Source of the DNA: an uncultured bacterium
GTDB taxonomy: Bacteria; Cyanobacteriota; Vampirovibrionia; Gastranaerophilales; Gastranaerophilaceae
Assembly: GCA_902797575.1 (NCBI GenBank)
Contig: CADBTL010000007.1
Span: 1 to 60,265, forward strand
DNA length: 60,265 nt
Direction: 5' to 3'
The position numbers were made by a program, and so were the translations under genes. Shown here one piece after another: positions 1 to 10,228 of this stretch (positions within the stretch are counted from its first letter, which is position 1; the number at the start of each line of letters is the position of its first letter). Under the pieces are notes generated by a model that was not told the origin of the DNA, searched no databases, and saw only the letters and a program-made list of their open reading frames with translations.

Positions 1-1
1 A

Positions 2-493
2 AAAGCTACTGTTATAGATATGTATAATTCTTTTAATTCCGATAATACCAAATTAAGAAATGCTATTTTGGATAGATTTAAATATACCAAAGGCAAAAAT
101 ACTGCAGCAGAAATTGTAGAAATGAAGAGTTTATTTGATAGGATAGACAAAGATACTGATGCAAGAACGTTTATACAAAAAGCTATAAATAAAGATTTAC
201 GAGTGAGTTCCATCGCTGAACTTAATGAAATTATAAATATTGTTCCCTTGAAAAAAGCTAATGTATTTTTTAATAATGCAAAAAGAATCATTGAATTATC
301 TAATGGTGAAGAAAGAAAAGCAGCATTAATAAAAGAATTGGAAAATCCATTCTTTAGACCGAAATCAACGACTCAAAAAGCAAAAATTGTAAGGATGTAT
401 TCTCCATATGAATCGGAGAACATTTTTACGCAAATTGCCAAAATTGTTGAAAATAAATTTAATAAATTTATATATAGCAGAATTGCGGCATAA
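2..493 (+). CDS. Hypothetical protein, C-terminal part (5' end outside window)
   Basis: Frame is open from the window edge (KATVID before the Met at 20); no recognisable family. Confidence 0.6.
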   Translation, partial: KATVIDMYNSFNSDNTKLRNAILDRFKYTKGKNTAAEIVEMKSLFDRIDKDTDARTFIQKAINKDLRVSSIAELNEIINIVPLKKANVFFNNAKRIIELSNGEERKAALIKELENPFFRPKSTTQKAKIVRMYSPYESENIFTQIAKIVENKFNKFIYSRIAA

Positions 494-495
494 AA

Positions 496-1824
496 CTATC
501 CTGCACCTGCAAGTTGCCCCAACTGCAATAATTCTTGAATAGTTGTTTCATATTCTATTTTATCATTTGTAGATTGTAAAAGGAATGAATTTATATCGTC
601 CATCATTGCAATTGCTTTATCACAAACAGGATCTGAACCTTTTACATAAGCTCCAATATTAATCAAATCTTCATTTTTTCTATGTACTGCGAGTAAATTC
701 CTTAAAACTCCGGCTGCAGCCCTATGTTCTTTTGTTGTTACATCACCCATTACACGGCTTAAAGATTGCAAAACATCAACAGCTGGATAGTGGTTTTTAT
801 GAGCCAAATCTCTTGATAGAACAATGTGTCCATCTAATATACTTCTTGCTGTATCGGAAATAGGTTCATTAAAATCATCACCTTCAACTAAAACTGTATA
901 TAATCCTGTTATTGTTCCGTATTCATTGGTACCGGCTCTTTCCATAAGCTTTGGCATTATTGCAAAAACAGAAGGAGTATATCCTCTTGTTGCAGGAGGT
1001 TCACCAATTGCAAGACCTACTTCTCTCTGTGCCATTGCGATACGTGTTACAGAATCAAGCATAAATAACACGTCCATACCTTTATCTCTAAAATATTCAG
1101 CAATTGTTGTTGCTACAAATGCTGCTTTAATTTTTACTAAAGATGGTTGTTCAGAAGTAGCTGCAATAACAATGGAACGCTGCATTCCTTCTGCGCCCAA
1201 GATTTCTTCAATAAATTCTTTTACCTCTCTGCCACGTTCCCCGATTAATGCAATGACGTTCAGTTGGGCAGATGTATTTTTTGCCATCATACCGATTGTA
1301 GTACTCTTACCAACACCGGATCCGGCAAAGATGCCCATTCTTTGTCCTTTTCCGACAGTCATAAATCCGTCTATTGAGCGTATACCTAATGACAACGGTT
1401 CTGAAATACGTTTTCTTTTTAATGGGTTAATGACATCCGCTACTGTTGAACGATATTCAGTAAACTGTATCGGACCTAGATTATCAATAGGATTACCAAG
1501 TCCGTCCAGAACTCTTCCAATTAGCTGATTCCCTACACCAACTTTCATTGCCCCGCCTGAATTAATAACAAATGCACCGGGTCTGATTCCATCGGGAGAA
1601 GCTAATGGCATAAGTAAAATCTTACCCTGTTTAAAACCAACAACTTCAGCCATAATAGGTTTATTATTTAAATTGTTATATATGTAACATAAATCACCAA
1701 TTGAAGATTTTGGACCGTCAGACTCAATTGTCAGACCGATAATCTCGGTGATTTTGCCAACTTCTTTTATGGTTTGGGTATTTTGAATAATTTGTAAATA
1801 TCTATTTTTGTCCCATTCCATCAC
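496..1824 (-). CDS. fliI: Flagellar/type III export ATPase FliI
   Basis: GQRMGIFAGSGVGKST Walker A, LIGERGREV, DSVTR..AQRE.GL.GEPP.TRGY, RSILDGHIVLSR; follows fliF-fliG-fliH. Confidence 0.95.
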   Translation of the reverse strand: MMEWDKNRYLQIIQNTQTIKEVGKITEIIGLTIESDGPKSSIGDLCYIYNNLNNKPIMAEVVGFKQGKILLMPLASPDGIRPGAFVINSGGAMKVGVGNQLIGRVLDGLGNPIDNLGPIQFTEYRSTVADVINPLKRKRISEPLSLGIRSIDGFMTVGKGQRMGIFAGSGVGKSTTIGMMAKNTSAQLNVIALIGERGREVKEFIEEILGAEGMQRSIVIAATSEQPSLVKIKAAFVATTIAEYFRDKGMDVLFMLDSVTRIAMAQREVGLAIGEPPATRGYTPSVFAIMPKLMERAGTNEYGTITGLYTVLVEGDDFNEPISDTARSILDGHIVLSRDLAHKNHYPAVDVLQSLSRVMGDVTTKEHRAAAGVLRNLLAVHRKNEDLINIGAYVKGSDPVCDKAIAMMDDINSFLLQSTNDKIEYETTIQELLQLGQLAGAG

Positions 1825-2575
1825 TACCGCCAGTCAAAAGTTTTTGTGTAATTTCATTTATTTGAGAAGAAATTCTTGAATCCAGTCTTGTTGTCGGAGT
1901 TTCTACAATTGCACCATCTGGAGATATTGAATTATCTTCCACAACTTTAACAAATTGCAAATTTTGTATAGAACTTTTAAAATTCGGAATCATTTTTTGC
2001 ACAGAGGCAGCAAGTTTAGGATTTACTATTATTGTTATATTTTCTTTATCATTTAATAATTTTATTGAATCCGTAATTATTTGATACAAAACTTGCGGAT
2101 TAAATTTTGTATGACAAACTTTGTCGGAAATGGCATTTATAAGTTCTATAATATCTCTTGATGCAGAATCAATAATATTGTTTTTCATGTCAAACGAACT
2201 TTTAGCCAGTGTTTCAAGAGAATCCAAAGCTTCTTGGGCATCTTGAGTAAACTTTTCTAAGCCGTCAGCTTCACCTTTTTGAAATCCCTCCTGATAAGCC
2301 TGTGCTTTTATAGCTTCGTACTCTTCTTGCGCTCTTTTTTTTGCATCTTCTATAATTCTTGTTGCTTCGTTATTTGCAGTTTGAACTATAATCTGAGATT
2401 TATTATCAGCGGCATCTACAATTTGTTGAGCTTTTGCGTCTGTTTCTTCAAGTATTTTTTTTACTTTAGCCTGTGATAACGTAACTTTAGATTGTTCAAT
2501 CGGCAATACATAACTATCACCAAATTGAATATTTTTTCTCTGAAATCTGTTATTATTTCCTTGATTACTACTCAA
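1802..2575 (-). CDS. fliH: Flagellar assembly protein FliH
   Basis: Coiled-coil N-terminus, AYQEGFQKG GxxxG repeats, I.VNP and ED.SISPDGAIVET...LDSRI C-terminal motifs; lies between fliG and fliI. Confidence 0.88.
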   Translation of the reverse strand: MSSNQGNNNRFQRKNIQFGDSYVLPIEQSKVTLSQAKVKKILEETDAKAQQIVDAADNKSQIIVQTANNEATRIIEDAKKRAQEEYEAIKAQAYQEGFQKGEADGLEKFTQDAQEALDSLETLAKSSFDMKNNIIDSASRDIIELINAISDKVCHTKFNPQVLYQIITDSIKLLNDKENITIIVNPKLAASVQKMIPNFKSSIQNLQFVKVVEDNSISPDGAIVETPTTRLDSRISSQINEITQKLLTGGSDGMGQK

Positions 2576-3617
2576 TTAATTCATCCTCAACACTAGCACG
2601 GGTAATTGTAATCTCACCGGTTGCTTCAAGATTTCTGATTGCAGTAACAACATTGGTCTGTGCTTCCTGAACTTCTTTTGCACGAACAGGACCAAGATAT
2701 TCCATATCATCTCTAAGCATTTGTCTTGCTCTTTCTGACATGTTTTTGAATATTTTATCTTTAATTTCTTCTTTTGTCCCTTTAAGAGCAGTAGCAAGAA
2801 CTTTTGTGTCAACTTCTCTAAGCAATCTTTGAACTGCACGGTCATCGAGTATAATGATATCTTCAAATACGAACATCAAGTCTCTGACTTCTTGCGCCAT
2901 TTCTTGATCTTCTATATCAAGCCATTCCATAATATTTTTTTCGGTTCCACGGTCACAACAGTTCAATATGTTAGCTAAAGATTCGACACCACCGGCATTT
3001 GAAAAATCTTGAACCAAAAGAGCTGAAAATTTTCTTTCAACAATATCTTCAATCGTAGAAAGAATCTCCGGATTTGTAGGTGTCATATTTGCAATTTTCA
3101 TTGAAACAACAGCCTGTATATCAGGAGGTAAATATGATAATACTTGAGCAGCAAGTTCAGGTCTTATATATGCAAGAATTAATGCCAGTAATTGCGGATT
3201 TTCTGTTGCAAATGTGTTAGCAAGTTGTGAAGGATCCGCTTCATTTAAGAAATAGAATGGATTAGTATTAACCATTGAATTAACTCTTTCGAGCATCTTT
3301 GCCGCTTCAGAGTCTCCATATGCTTGTGATAACAATTGTTTTGCATAATTTACACCACCTGATGCAACAAAGTTCTTTGCCTGAAATACTGCCTTAAACT
3401 CATTAAGAACGTCGTTTAAATCTTCATCAGAAACTTTTCCTAAATTTGCAATATCAAGCGTAATTTGTTCAAGTAAATCTTCATCTTTAATATTTTTGAG
3501 TATTTCAGAAGCAGTTGTTGGACCAAGAGCAATCAGAAGTGCTGCGACCTTCTGACTTGGACGCGTTATAACCTTTTTGGCCTCTTCTTTTGCTTTTTTT
3601 ATTTCTTCAATGCCCAT
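2568..3617 (-). CDS. fliG: Flagellar motor switch protein FliG
   Basis: QKVAALLIALG, GGVNYAK, ENPQ (EHPQ-like), MFVFED, NMSERA, GPVR..EV..AQ motifs. Confidence 0.95.
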   Translation of the reverse strand: MGIEEIKKAKEEAKKVITRPSQKVAALLIALGPTTASEILKNIKDEDLLEQITLDIANLGKVSDEDLNDVLNEFKAVFQAKNFVASGGVNYAKQLLSQAYGDSEAAKMLERVNSMVNTNPFYFLNEADPSQLANTFATENPQLLALILAYIRPELAAQVLSYLPPDIQAVVSMKIANMTPTNPEILSTIEDIVERKFSALLVQDFSNAGGVESLANILNCCDRGTEKNIMEWLDIEDQEMAQEVRDLMFVFEDIIILDDRAVQRLLREVDTKVLATALKGTKEEIKDKIFKNMSERARQMLRDDMEYLGPVRAKEVQEAQTNVVTAIRNLEATGEITITRASVEDELIE

Positions 3618-3620
3618 TAA

Positions 3621-5180
3621 TTAGTCCTTGATATATGAAACAAGTAATTTGGCAGCTTCCTCTGGTGCAGCCATTACTGCTTCATTCAATTCACTGATAC
3701 TTTGTTCTTTTTGAGATTTTATTTCCCTTTGCGTTGCTTGAACCGGCTGAATTTCTTCTTCTTGTTCGACCTCTTCCGGTCGTGTATCAGCAATCTCTTC
3801 AATTCTGCGCTCGATTCTTTTTGCACTTGGCATTTTCGCAACAAAATTCCTTAATACAAGTAATGCAAATCCGCCGAGAACTAAGACAACTACCAAAGGA
3901 ACTACTGATGTGCCAATAAAGTAGAATAACTGTTCTTGTTGATATTGTTTTGTAAAGTCTTCCTGAGCTTGCTTATCAATGTTTGCACCTTCAAATTGCA
4001 AACCTGATACCGAAACTGCATCTCCTCTTGAAAAATCAATACCTGCTGCCGATTGTATAAGATTTTTAACTTCCTCTTTTTCACTATCAGTCAAAACCTT
4101 ATTAATTGCTACGGCTATAGAAAGTCGTTTTACTGTTCCTGGAGCATACACAACTTGCTTCACTTCTTTTGATACACTATAATTAATTGCGGTTTTTTGT
4201 TTAGAGTAATTCAAATTTCTATTTACTGTAACCGGCGGAGTAAGGTTCTGTGGATTTTGTATATTGTTTGGGTTCTCATAGGTTTCTGTTTCTGTTTGAG
4301 AACTTGCTACAACACCGGTTCCTTTTTCATCTGTTAAAGGAATATAACTTTCAATTGTTGCTTTAGCAGAATTAAAATCTATATCTGCATTGACTTGAAC
4401 AGAAACGTTACCTTTGCCGACAATTTTTTCCAATACCGATGAAACTTTTTTAGCTGTTTCTTTTTCTAAATTACTTTTGAAACTTTCCATATCTGTTGAA
4501 TTTTTTGATGTTTCATCAGACAGACTGTTACCGTTTTGGTCTGTAATAAATACTTGCTCGGTAGTCATTCTTGGGATAGAATAAGCAACCAAATTTTTAA
4601 TCGCTTTAACTTGCGGGCTTTTAATTTTATAACCAGGTTCTAAACCCAATATTACAGACGCTGTCGGTTTTTCATCGTTATCTTCAAAGATTGAACGCTC
4701 CGGTTCAGCAAGTTGAACGCGTGCATGTTTAATTCCCTGAATTTTTTCTATTGAACGAACCAATTCTCCTTGAAAAATTCTTTGTTTGGTAAGTTTATTT
4801 TTAAAGTCTGTAGAGCCGAGTTGCATATTATCAAGTAGTTCAAATCCCAAATCTTGATTTTTTATAAAGTCATTTTCTGCAACAAAAACTCTCATTTCGT
4901 CTCTTACGTTAGAAGGAACTAAAACCGATTTACGGTCTTCGGATACTTTGTATTTGTAACCATTTTTCTTCATTCCCTCAACGATACTGATTGTATCAAC
5001 TTCGTTCAAATCCGAGTATAAAACAACCCAATCAGGTTCCATAGCTTTTGAAAGAAAGAACGTTGCCGCAATTATCGTTATAACTATAAGTCCGAGCATG
5101 CCGAGTTTTTGCGCTCCGTCAAGCCCATTCCATAATTTCTTCACATCATTAGCTAAAAGTGCAAAATAATTATTTTCCAT
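3621..5180 (-). CDS. fliF: Flagellar MS-ring protein FliF
   Basis: N-terminal TM, LGFELLD, QGELVRSI, ARVQLAEPERSIF, PTASV, RLSIAV, SRGDAVSV, C-terminal TM and PEEAAKLL. Start moved to ATG 5180 (GGAGAG SD). Confidence 0.92.
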   Translation of the reverse strand: MENNYFALLANDVKKLWNGLDGAQKLGMLGLIVITIIAATFFLSKAMEPDWVVLYSDLNEVDTISIVEGMKKNGYKYKVSEDRKSVLVPSNVRDEMRVFVAENDFIKNQDLGFELLDNMQLGSTDFKNKLTKQRIFQGELVRSIEKIQGIKHARVQLAEPERSIFEDNDEKPTASVILGLEPGYKIKSPQVKAIKNLVAYSIPRMTTEQVFITDQNGNSLSDETSKNSTDMESFKSNLEKETAKKVSSVLEKIVGKGNVSVQVNADIDFNSAKATIESYIPLTDEKGTGVVASSQTETETYENPNNIQNPQNLTPPVTVNRNLNYSKQKTAINYSVSKEVKQVVYAPGTVKRLSIAVAINKVLTDSEKEEVKNLIQSAAGIDFSRGDAVSVSGLQFEGANIDKQAQEDFTKQYQQEQLFYFIGTSVVPLVVVLVLGGFALLVLRNFVAKMPSAKRIERRIEEIADTRPEEVEQEEEIQPVQATQREIKSQKEQSISELNEAVMAAPEEAAKLLVSYIKD

Positions 5181-5289
5181 ATCTCTCCAAGCACTATTAT
5201 TCAATAATATCATATATTAACCATTGAAACTTTTCAAATAGTTAAGATATTTTAAGCAAAATAAATTGTTCCGATTTGAAATATCAGTA

Positions 5290-5841
5290 TTATATATTTG
5301 CGGATATTATTTCTTCCAGTTTCATTACCGCATTATCAACAGTATCATTTATAATTTTATAATCAAATTTTTTAGAATTTTCTATTTCTAATTTAATAGA
5401 GGCAAGCCTTTTTTGTATAGCTTCTTCCGTTTCGGTATTACGTCCCCGCAAACGATGTTCAAGTTCTTCAATGGAAGGTGGCGCAATAAATATAAGAACA
5501 GCCTCCGGCATAATTCTTTTTACGTTTAGTGCTCCTTTTGTATCTATCTCAAGAATAAGATATTGTCCTAGTTTCAAACATGTTTCTACAAACATTTTCT
5601 TTGTTCCGTAATAATTCCCTGAAAATTCTGCCCATTCGAGAAATTCGTTATTTTTCACACAATTTTCAAATTCATCACGTTTAAGATAAAAATAATTAAC
5701 TCCTTCCTGTTCGCCGTCTCTTTTTGCTCTGGTTGTACAAGAGACAGATAATTTTAATTCAGGATGTTTTGTCATAAGCTTATTAATTATTGTACCTTTA
5801 CCGACTCCTGAGGAACCGGATATAACAAATAGTTTACTCAT
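5290..5841 (-). CDS. gmk: Guanylate kinase
   Basis: SGSSGVGKGT P-loop, SCTTR..R.GE.EGVNY, FLEWAEF.GNYYGT. Confidence 0.96.
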   Translation of the reverse strand: MSKLFVISGSSGVGKGTIINKLMTKHPELKLSVSCTTRAKRDGEQEGVNYFYLKRDEFENCVKNNEFLEWAEFSGNYYGTKKMFVETCLKLGQYLILEIDTKGALNVKRIMPEAVLIFIAPPSIEELEHRLRGRNTETEEAIQKRLASIKLEIENSKKFDYKIINDTVDNAVMKLEEIISANI

Positions 5842-7600
5842 TTATATCCTCTGCTTTAAATAATTTATCAATTTCGCTAAATGCTTGATGCACAACGGTT
5901 TCATACCCTGAAGAACCGGCATAATTTGTTAAAACAATATTTTTTTCTTTAGGCAATACGCCTTGTTTATGATAGTCTGAATTGTCCTTTGTTTTTGTCA
6001 GAAATTTTTGCGCAAGCTCTGCTATGTCCATTTCGGCTAATTTTACTTCTATGTAACAAAGCTTGTTCATAATTTGAGTGACTTTCAATGCTTTGTCAAA
6101 ATCTTCTTCCGAGGTAACCGATGTAGCCCATACATCACCATCAAAAATCCTTGCAAATTTTGCGTAATTAATACTTATAATATCGTTCATATTGTTTTGT
6201 GGCTGCTTTGACAAATATCGTTCAGTGGAATAGCCTTTGTTATTAATAATAATAAAAATTGGTTTTAATCCATTCTTTATAATTGTTCCGATTTCCATAC
6301 CCGTCATGAGATGAGCACCGTCACCTGAAATCACTATGACTCTAGAAGCAGGTTTTGCAATAGAAATCCCTAAAGCAGCAGCAGTTGCCCAACCTGTAGA
6401 ACTCCACAACAATTGACTTTCAATATTAACATCGGATGGACAATCAATTTGAGCAAGCCCATATTGAACAGTACCTGTTTCACCAACTATAATATCATTG
6501 GCTTTTATAAAACTTTTAAGTTTTGTATATAAAAAATCAGAAGTAATAGGAATATTTTCTGACTCTTTTTGTATAAGAATTGGTGCTGACTTTTCAATCA
6601 CATATTCCTTTGTTTCTATTAATTTAGTTACCTTTTCTAATACATCAGACATTTTTATATCATCATATCTTGTACTATCTATGTATGTATGCGTACCATA
6701 TATAGCAATTTGATTTTTAATTTTCAAAGAATCATTAAAGCCAAATGCATTTATATCGCTGCATATTGCTCCGACTGTAATTAAACAATCCGTTTCGTTG
6801 AAGTATTTTTCTACATCCGAGTTTTGGAATTCTGCGCAATAAGTTCCAATATAATTTTTTGCATTTTTATCTATCAGTCCTTTTCCCATAAGAAAGTTTG
6901 AGACCGGAATACCTGATTTTTCACAAAATTCTTTATATTCTATTGTTGCGTCAAATCTTTTTATTAAAGCGTCCCCAACTATTAGAGGTTTTTCGGCATT
7001 TGCTATTTTTTGAACAATTATCGAACAAACTTCTGTTAACGTATTTTCATTACTGTGCCAATCATTAAAAGAGTCTTTATCAGAAATTCCCATTTCTGCA
7101 ATATCTAAAGGAACTGCAATATAAATCGGCTTTTTTTCTTTTACTAATATTTTTATTGCTTTATCGATTTCTATTTTAGCATTGTCCTTAGTTAATAATG
7201 CTGTTGTTGCAGTAACCGCTTTATATGCCTCAGTAAAAGCATTATAATTAACATCTTGCAAATTATGATGCAGTAGCGTTTTATTTTTTATACTTTTGCT
7301 TGAAGGTAATCCTACAATATGCACTACAGGAATATTTTCAGCCATACTGCCGGCAATTGCATTTATTGCACTAAGCTCTCCTGTGCCATACGTAGTTATA
7401 AATGCACCATACCCTTTAATTCTTGCATAACCGTCTGCTGCATATCCTGCATTAAGTTCATTTGTACATCCAATCCAATTCATGGAAGGATTATTTTCTA
7501 CTGCATATATCAGATTAAAATTGTAATCACCGGGTACACCAAAAAAATCATTTATACCAAGCTCTTCTAATTTTTTTACTATATATTCTGCGGTATTCAT
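5834..7600 (-). CDS. TPP-dependent alpha-keto acid decarboxylase (pyruvate/indolepyruvate decarboxylase family)
   Basis: GVPGDYN, NELNAGYAADGYAR, LLHH, GDG...NNKGYSTE TPP motif; start at MNTAEY. Confidence 0.88.
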   Translation of the reverse strand: MNTAEYIVKKLEELGINDFFGVPGDYNFNLIYAVENNPSMNWIGCTNELNAGYAADGYARIKGYGAFITTYGTGELSAINAIAGSMAENIPVVHIVGLPSSKSIKNKTLLHHNLQDVNYNAFTEAYKAVTATTALLTKDNAKIEIDKAIKILVKEKKPIYIAVPLDIAEMGISDKDSFNDWHSNENTLTEVCSIIVQKIANAEKPLIVGDALIKRFDATIEYKEFCEKSGIPVSNFLMGKGLIDKNAKNYIGTYCAEFQNSDVEKYFNETDCLITVGAICSDINAFGFNDSLKIKNQIAIYGTHTYIDSTRYDDIKMSDVLEKVTKLIETKEYVIEKSAPILIQKESENIPITSDFLYTKLKSFIKANDIIVGETGTVQYGLAQIDCPSDVNIESQLLWSSTGWATAAALGISIAKPASRVIVISGDGAHLMTGMEIGTIIKNGLKPIFIIINNKGYSTERYLSKQPQNNMNDIISINYAKFARIFDGDVWATSVTSEEDFDKALKVTQIMNKLCYIEVKLAEMDIAELAQKFLTKTKDNSDYHKQGVLPKEKNIVLTNYAGSSGYETVVHQAFSEIDKLFKAEDINE

Positions 7601-7687
7601 ACGTAATAATTCCTTAGATAAATGTTTTATATATAATATCACGCAAAAATGTACATGTACAGATTGTTATACTCTTTTTTATTCAGA

Positions 7688-9193
7688 TTAAACAACACCT
7701 GCAATATTTTTTGATGTATTTTGAATAATTTCCAATAATTTATTTACCATAAGCTCTTCATATTTTTCCGCAGTTTCCTTGCAATCTGCTTCGAAACGTA
7801 ACGTAAATACAGGTTCAGTATTACTTTGGCGAATTAGTGCAAAGCCGCCGGTTTTTTCTTCAGCACCTTCAAATACAATTCTCATACCATCTAAAGTTAT
7901 AATATCTTTTATAGGAACTCCAAAGAAATTAGGATTTTCTGCAATTACCGCCTGAAAACTTTCTAATGTAGGTTTCTTTAACGAATTAGGACAAGGAAGA
8001 CGAACTTCAGAAGAAGAATAAACTAAATCAAAAGGTTTTAGCATATCAGAAATTTTAAATTCCGGATTAGCTTTCTTTTTATTGGATATAATTTCAATAA
8101 TTCTGCATCCTGCATAAACAGCATCATCAAATCCAAAATACTTATCTTTAAAGAATGTATGACCACTCATTTCTCCCGCCAATACAGCACCGGTTTCACG
8201 CATTTTTGATTTGATAAAGCCGTGTCCTGTTTTACACATTACAGCAATTCCGCCACTAGCGTCTATTGTATCATACAAGACTTGTGAGCACTTAACTTCT
8301 GATACGATAAACGGTTTAACCCCTTTTTGGTTATATTCTTTAATTATATCTTCCGAATAAATCAATAAAAGTTTATCGCCCGTCAGAGAATTTCCATTAG
8401 AATCTATAACACCGATTCTGTCACTATCACCGTCAAAAGCAATACCAATATCCGCTTTATTTGCAACAACAGCTTTTTTGATATCATTAAGAGTTTTTTC
8501 ATCACTCGGATTCGGATGATGGTGTGGGAAACGTCCATCAGGTAAAGAATATAGTTCAATAACTTCACATCCAAGTGCTCTGTATAGTTTAGGTGCAACT
8601 ACACCTCCTGTACCGTTTGCACTGTCCACAACAACTTTAATACCTTCTCCTACTCTGCCAAAACGTTTTTTTAAATCTTCTATATAGTCTGGAATTAAAT
8701 CATATTCAACGTACTGGCCAAATGGAACAGGAGGAATTTGAAGTTTAAACTCTTCTTCTGTTAATTCTTTTACAACTTTTATTTGTGATTCACCAAGAGT
8801 TTGTTTTGCATACGTCATTTTTAAACCATTATATTGACTCGGGTTATGACTTGCGGTAATAATCAATGCGCCTGTTACCTGCATGTATTTTGTTAAATAT
8901 GGCGGGATACCGGCTGCTTCAGAATAATATCCAATAGGAGTTGGTGCAAGTCCCATGTCAACAACATTTGCTCCACAAGAACGTATCCCTTCAATAAGAG
9001 ATTTGGAGAGAGCTGGCGAATGCAATCTTGCATCTCTGCATACTGTAATCCATATTTCAGATGGAATCTTTCTTGCTTCTCTGACTAAATATTGAACAAA
9101 TCCTCTGCCTGTATAGTAGAAAAGTTCTTCCGTAACATTTTCTCCATATATACCTCTAATATCATTTTTCCCAAACGCTGTTGTATCAAGCAT
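7688..9193 (-). CDS. Phosphomannomutase/phosphoglucomutase (AlgC-like)
   Basis: DIRG, ITASHNP phosphoserine motif, FDGDSDR metal loop, GEMSGH, R.SNTEP. Confidence 0.92.
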   Translation of the reverse strand: MLDTTAFGKNDIRGIYGENVTEELFYYTGRGFVQYLVREARKIPSEIWITVCRDARLHSPALSKSLIEGIRSCGANVVDMGLAPTPIGYYSEAAGIPPYLTKYMQVTGALIITASHNPSQYNGLKMTYAKQTLGESQIKVVKELTEEEFKLQIPPVPFGQYVEYDLIPDYIEDLKKRFGRVGEGIKVVVDSANGTGGVVAPKLYRALGCEVIELYSLPDGRFPHHHPNPSDEKTLNDIKKAVVANKADIGIAFDGDSDRIGVIDSNGNSLTGDKLLLIYSEDIIKEYNQKGVKPFIVSEVKCSQVLYDTIDASGGIAVMCKTGHGFIKSKMRETGAVLAGEMSGHTFFKDKYFGFDDAVYAGCRIIEIISNKKKANPEFKISDMLKPFDLVYSSSEVRLPCPNSLKKPTLESFQAVIAENPNFFGVPIKDIITLDGMRIVFEGAEEKTGGFALIRQSNTEPVFTLRFEADCKETAEKYEELMVNKLLEIIQNTSKNIAGVV

Positions 9194-9291
9194 ATTTACT
9201 CCTTTTATAAAACATAAAAACTATTATGTATATTGTATTATAACCAAAATATAAGTACAAATTTATAAAAAAACAAACTATAAAACAGTAC

Positions 9292-9558
9292 GAGAATGTG
9301 ATAAAAGTCCGAAAATTTTATTTTTTTCGCGAGCTTTGTTTGTAAAATTTGTAGAGTTTGCGGAAAAATTAAAATTTTCCCTGCAAACTCTGGGGAACGG
9401 TTTCAAGCCAGACTACGTGCTATCCCGCACCTAGTCTGACTTTCACACACCTAAGGTCGGATTTGAAAAAGTCCGAAAAATTGTTTTTCTATAGGCGGAG
9501 TAGCTTGACGAAGCTCCGTCATCCCTCATTTACCCCTTTCGACTTTTTCCGCATCCTC
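9292..9558. mobile_element. Non-autonomous palindromic MITE-like element, copy 1 (267 bp)
   Basis: Imperfect terminal inverted repeats (GAGAATGTGATAAAAGTCCGAAA vs revcomp GAGGATGCGGAAAAAGTCGAAA), several internal hairpins, near-identical inverted copy at 32975-33131. Confidence 0.7.
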
Positions 9559-9658
9559 AGTAATATTATTGATATAAAAAAATCAGCATGTGATAATTCT
9601 GATATGTAAGAGATTGGGTGAAAAAATCATATTTTCCAACTCTTCATAAGGGAGTTAT

Positions 9659-10228
9659 ATGGATATAAAGGCTTATATCAAAAATTCTATTGATACAAAA
9701 ACAAAGATTTTAAACGACGAAAAAATCCTAAAAACAATTGATGAAATAGTAAATGTGATTGTTGAGACTTATCAAAACGGCGGTAAAGTTTTAACGGCAG
9801 GAAACGGTGGAAGTGCCGGAGATGCTCAACATATAGCAGGAGAATTAGTTGCAAAATTCTATTTTAACCGTCCTGCTCTCAAAGCTCAATCATTAGCAGT
9901 TAATACATCTGTTCTAACTGCAATCAGTAATGATTTTGGATATGAATACTGCTTTGCAAGACAAATTGAAGGTATTGCAGACAAGGGAGATGTTTTTATT
10001 GCAATCTCTACAAGCGGAAATTCTGCTAACATAATTAAAGCTTTGGAAGCAGCAAAAAAACAAGATGTTATAACCGTTGGTTTAGCAGGAGAAACAAGCG
10101 CTCAAATGGATGAATTATGTGACTATATTATTCACGTACCATCGTCATCTACACCGGCTATTCAAGAAGCTCATATTATGTTAGGACATATTATTTGTGC
10201 TCAGGTTGAAGAAAAATATTTTAATTAG
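9659..10228 (+). CDS. gmhA: Phosphoheptose isomerase
   Basis: GNGGSAGDAQHIAGE, ISTSGNS, IQEAH...GHIIC; GGAG SD. Confidence 0.95.
   Translation: MDIKAYIKNSIDTKTKILNDEKILKTIDEIVNVIVETYQNGGKVLTAGNGGSAGDAQHIAGELVAKFYFNRPALKAQSLAVNTSVLTAISNDFGYEYCFARQIEGIADKGDVFIAISTSGNSANIIKALEAAKKQDVITVGLAGETSAQMDELCDYIIHVPSSSTPAIQEAHIMLGHIICAQVEEKYFN

Noticed and set aside
824-1528. 234-aa plus-strand ORF and many other short ORFs overlapping known genes
   Set aside because: Antisense or alternate-frame shadows of well-supported genes, with no SD or motifs.
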